A DNA stretch of 64,000 nt from NCBI GenBank assembly GCA_021812985.1, contig JAKAMG010000010.1, forward strand, positions 7,853 through 71,852, in the 5' to 3' direction. The position numbers and the translations under genes are program-made. Origin of the DNA: Bacteroidota bacterium. GTDB taxonomy: Bacteria; Bacteroidota; Ignavibacteria; Kryptoniales; JAKASW01. This document shows positions 61,274-64,000 of the stretch, piece by piece. The number at the start of each line of letters is the position of its first letter. The stretch's first letter is position 1. The notes beneath the pieces were generated by a model. That model had not been told where the DNA came from, did no database searches, and saw nothing but the letters and a program-made list of their open reading frames with translations.

Positions 61274-62764
61274 CTACGTCATATGATGCGGCTTCACGTT
61301 CTGCAGCGTAGCACGCACCTCCGGAAGACTCTCAGCGCTCGCCAGGACAAGAAGGGTATCCCCCTCACGTAGAATTGTCCCACCGCTGGGGACGATATAC
61401 TCGTCGTCTCTCCCTATGAGCACGACAAGTGTATCCTGCGGCAGGCCGAGCTCCACAATCGATCTTCCTACAACTGTCGAGTCATATGGCACGATGAAAT
61501 CTACAAGATCCGCGTTGATTCCCTCCGTCGGCGCAAACTCTATCGGGTGCCTTTGTTTGGGCTCCAACGGAGCATCCACCTTCAGCAACCTGGCTACTAT
61601 TGGAACAGACCATCCCTGCAGCAGTGCAGACGTGAGTACTATGAAGAAGACGAGATTGAAAAGCATCCTCGCACCGGGGAGACCGGCTATGAGCGGAAAG
61701 ATTGCGAGAACGATGGGAACCGCGCCCCTCAGTCCTACCCATGAGACAAAGGCCTTGTCCCGCCACCCATTCCTCGAGAAACTCAATGTGAGGAAGACGC
61801 CCAGCGGACGCGCGACAAACATCAGAAATACTGAGACGAGAAGCCCAATCCCCATCACCGCCATTACCTGGGAAGGAAACACGAGCAGGCCCAATGTCAG
61901 GAACATCCCTATCTGGCTGAGCCAGGCAAAGCCGTCGAAGAATCTGAGCAGGCTCTTCTTCTGAACGAACTCGCTGTTTCCAGCGACGAGCCCGGCGACG
62001 TAGACCGCGAGAAATCCGCTTCCACCTGTAAGCGTCGCCGCTCCGTACGTGAAGGCCACGAACGCCAGCACCATCACCGGGTATATTCCTTCAAACCAGA
62101 TCTTCAGCCTGTTAAGCGCGAGTACCATGACATGACCCGTCATCAGGCCGAACATCACACCTATCCCCATTTGGAGTATGAACTGAGTTACTATTCCGAG
62201 CGGTGATGTGCGGTTTGCGGTGATAAGCTGTATCGCGCCTATCGTAAGGAAGACAGCCATAGGGTCGTTGCTGCCGGACTCGAGTTCGAGAAGGGACCGG
62301 ATATTACCCTTCAAGCTGATATTCCGCGACCTGAGGACGGCGAACACTGCCGCCGCGTCGGTGGAAGAGACCACCGAACCGAGTAGGAATCCTTCAAGCG
62401 GAGAGAATCCGAAGAGATACGAAGTGAAAATCCCGACCGATAGAGCAGTAAGAAAGACACCTAACGTCGAGAGTCCCACCGCCTGCCAGACCACTGGGCG
62501 CACGCTCGACCACTTGGTGTCGAAGCCTCCCGCGAACAGTATGAATATAAGCGCTACTATTCCGATCGATTGCGCAGCCCGCGCGTTGTCAAAATATATC
62601 CCCCCTATCCCCTCTGAGCCGGCAAGCATCCCTATTGCTATGAAAAGGAGGAGCATAGGCAGGCCAAGGCTGTCCGAGACCTTTGCTATGATTATGCTCA
62701 GCAGAACAAGGATTGATCCGACTAGGAGGAGATACTCGATCGGAATCGCGGGAATAGAGTGCAT
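61274..62764 (-). CDS. Potassium/proton antiporter (CvrA/NhaP2 family) with TrkA-C domain
   Basis: GMLAGSEG, SSTDAAAVF, LELESGSNDPMA, WVGLRGAVPI, C-terminal IVPSGGTILREGD. Confidence 0.92.
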   Translation of the reverse strand: MHSIPAIPIEYLLLVGSILVLLSIIIAKVSDSLGLPMLLLFIAIGMLAGSEGIGGIYFDNARAAQSIGIVALIFILFAGGFDTKWSSVRPVVWQAVGLSTLGVFLTALSVGIFTSYLFGFSPLEGFLLGSVVSSTDAAAVFAVLRSRNISLKGNIRSLLELESGSNDPMAVFLTIGAIQLITANRTSPLGIVTQFILQMGIGVMFGLMTGHVMVLALNRLKIWFEGIYPVMVLAFVAFTYGAATLTGGSGFLAVYVAGLVAGNSEFVQKKSLLRFFDGFAWLSQIGMFLTLGLLVFPSQVMAVMGIGLLVSVFLMFVARPLGVFLTLSFSRNGWRDKAFVSWVGLRGAVPIVLAIFPLIAGLPGARMLFNLVFFIVLTSALLQGWSVPIVARLLKVDAPLEPKQRHPIEFAPTEGINADLVDFIVPYDSTVVGRSIVELGLPQDTLVVLIGRDDEYIVPSGGTILREGDTLLVLASAESLPEVRATLQNVKPHHMT

Positions 62765-62949
62765 ATCCTTCCCTCAGCCAGTCTCATTTAAGAAATGCCA
62801 AAGACTCACCATGCCACTATTCGACTCCCGGGACTGCGATCGCGTTCGCATCGTCGGAGAATCAATAGGAGGTACTACAAGATCAACTTAAAGGTATACT
62901 GGCAAGCATGCAAACATGATAGCCGTATTCATCACTAACGGAGACCAAG

Positions 62950-62988
62950 AAAAAGGAACGGCACGATCGCTGTAGACGAATCGTGCCG
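62950..62988 (-). terminator. Rho-independent terminator after acs
   Basis: Minus strand CGGCACGAT..ATCGTGCCG then TTCCTTTTT. Confidence 0.7.
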
Positions 62989-63020
62989 CAACTTGATTCA
63001 AAGAGCCGATCAGGCGATGC

Positions 63021-64000
63021 TTACTCGGCCTTGCCGAAATGCTTTATGTCGTCGGGGGCATCGGCCGCCGGGGCGCGCTTGACCTGCGACTCAACCATGA
63101 CCTTTATATGTTCCACGACGTCGGGATTTGCCAGAGTTGTCACGTCGCCGACGGGCATGCTGTTTGACACGGCGGCTAGAACTCGCCGCATTATTTTTCC
63201 GGAGCGCGTCTTCGGCATGTCTTCCGCGACCCACACGTGCGATGGCCTGGCGATCTTTCCTATCATTTCTTCGATAGCGCTGATGACCTTCTTTTGCACC
63301 TCACCATGATCGACGTTGACACCTGGCTTGAGCGCGATATAGACTTCAGGGACTCTCCCCTTCACCTGATCCACTACAGGTACGACGGCCGCCTCCGCGA
63401 CCTCAGGGACCGTGAGGCACGCCGACTCAAGCTCCTTGGTTCCCAGCCTGTGCCCGGCAACGTTTATAACGTCATCCACGCGCCCGAGTATCCTGATGTA
63501 GCCATCCGCGGCATACAAGGCGCCGTCGCCGGCAAAGTAAGGCCAGTCTCTCCAATCCTTGCTCTTGGGATTCTTGCAGTACTTGGAGTAGTAAGTTCTC
63601 GCGTACCGGTCCGGGTCTCCCCATATCGTTTGCATAATGCCTGGCCAGGGGTTGCGGATGCAGATGTTCCCCGCCTTCTGTGAACCTGGAGGGAGTTCAT
63701 TCCCCTCTTCGTCGTAGATGACCGGATGTATCCCGGGCACTCCGGGACCAGCGCTTCCAGGCTTCATAGGGTCCAACGCCGGCTTCGTGCTGCAGAGGAA
63801 GCCACCAGTTTCGGTCTGCCACCATGTGTCCACGATCGAGGCCTCCTTCTTGCCCACCTCGTCGTAGTACCATCTCCAGACATCAGGTTCGATCGGCTCG
63901 CCGACGGTAACCATGAGTTTGAAGTGGAAGTTGTGTTTCTTTGGCTCATCCGGACCAACTTTCCTCAGCTGTCTTATGGATGTGGGCGCGGTGTGGAAGA
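63021..64000 (-). CDS. acs: Acetyl-CoA synthetase, 3' part (runs off window end)
   Basis: Frame open to window edge (FHTAPTSIR..), TVGEPI, DTWWQTETGG, GRVDDVINVAGHRLGT, PKTRSGKIMRR. Confidence 0.93.
   Translation of the reverse strand, partial: FHTAPTSIRQLRKVGPDEPKKHNFHFKLMVTVGEPIEPDVWRWYYDEVGKKEASIVDTWWQTETGGFLCSTKPALDPMKPGSAGPGVPGIHPVIYDEEGNELPPGSQKAGNICIRNPWPGIMQTIWGDPDRYARTYYSKYCKNPKSKDWRDWPYFAGDGALYAADGYIRILGRVDDVINVAGHRLGTKELESACLTVPEVAEAAVVPVVDQVKGRVPEVYIALKPGVNVDHGEVQKKVISAIEEMIGKIARPSHVWVAEDMPKTRSGKIMRRVLAAVSNSMPVGDVTTLANPDVVEHIKVMVESQVKRAPAADAPDDIKHFGKAE

Noticed and set aside
135-63958. Numerous antisense and alternative-frame ORFs overlapping recognised genes
   Set aside because: Shadow ORFs expected from GC-biased codon usage
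1-64000. CRISPR arrays, tRNA/rRNA, transposases, integrases, known riboswitches
   Set aside because: None recognised by eye; covariance-model and repeat searches were not run

Overview
Gene-dense bacterial chromosome segment. The Ignavibacteria/Kryptonia-style T9SS C-terminal domains and the gene content suggest an FCB-group organism (inference, not a database result). (1) 165-18811, minus strand: an apparent beta-mannan-type polysaccharide utilization locus with no SusD. It encodes a non-SusC TonB-dependent receptor, a T9SS-sorted beta-helix/CBM protein, a Tat GH105-like enzyme, an SDR, two cellobiose 2-epimerases, a GH5 mannanase, an SGNH acetylesterase, a DUF4965 'glutaminase' and a GH130 phosphorylase, behind a ~520-nt hairpin-rich leader. 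(2) 19996-32528: housekeeping genes (M48 protease, plsC, gatC, kdsB, pyrG, transaldolase, gcvT, ComB family, ftsK, lolA, flippase-like). (3) 32640-37157: methyltransferase, GNAT, a radical SAM enzyme with an operator-overlapped promoter, and two decayed secreted-protein pseudogenes. (4) 37473-41137: porin plus two pstS genes, the porin and the second pstS each preceded by a matching 11-bp-periodic Pho-box-like array. (5) 41289-61227: dcw cluster mraZ to ftsZ with an extra membrane gene between murG and murC, a REC-HisKA-only protein and a sigma54 activator directly after ftsZ, and a divergent LexA homolog lacking its cleavage site and catalytic dyad. (6) K+/H+ antiporter and partial acs. I saw no rRNA, tRNA, CRISPR array or intact mobile element. 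All family calls come from motif recognition by eye.
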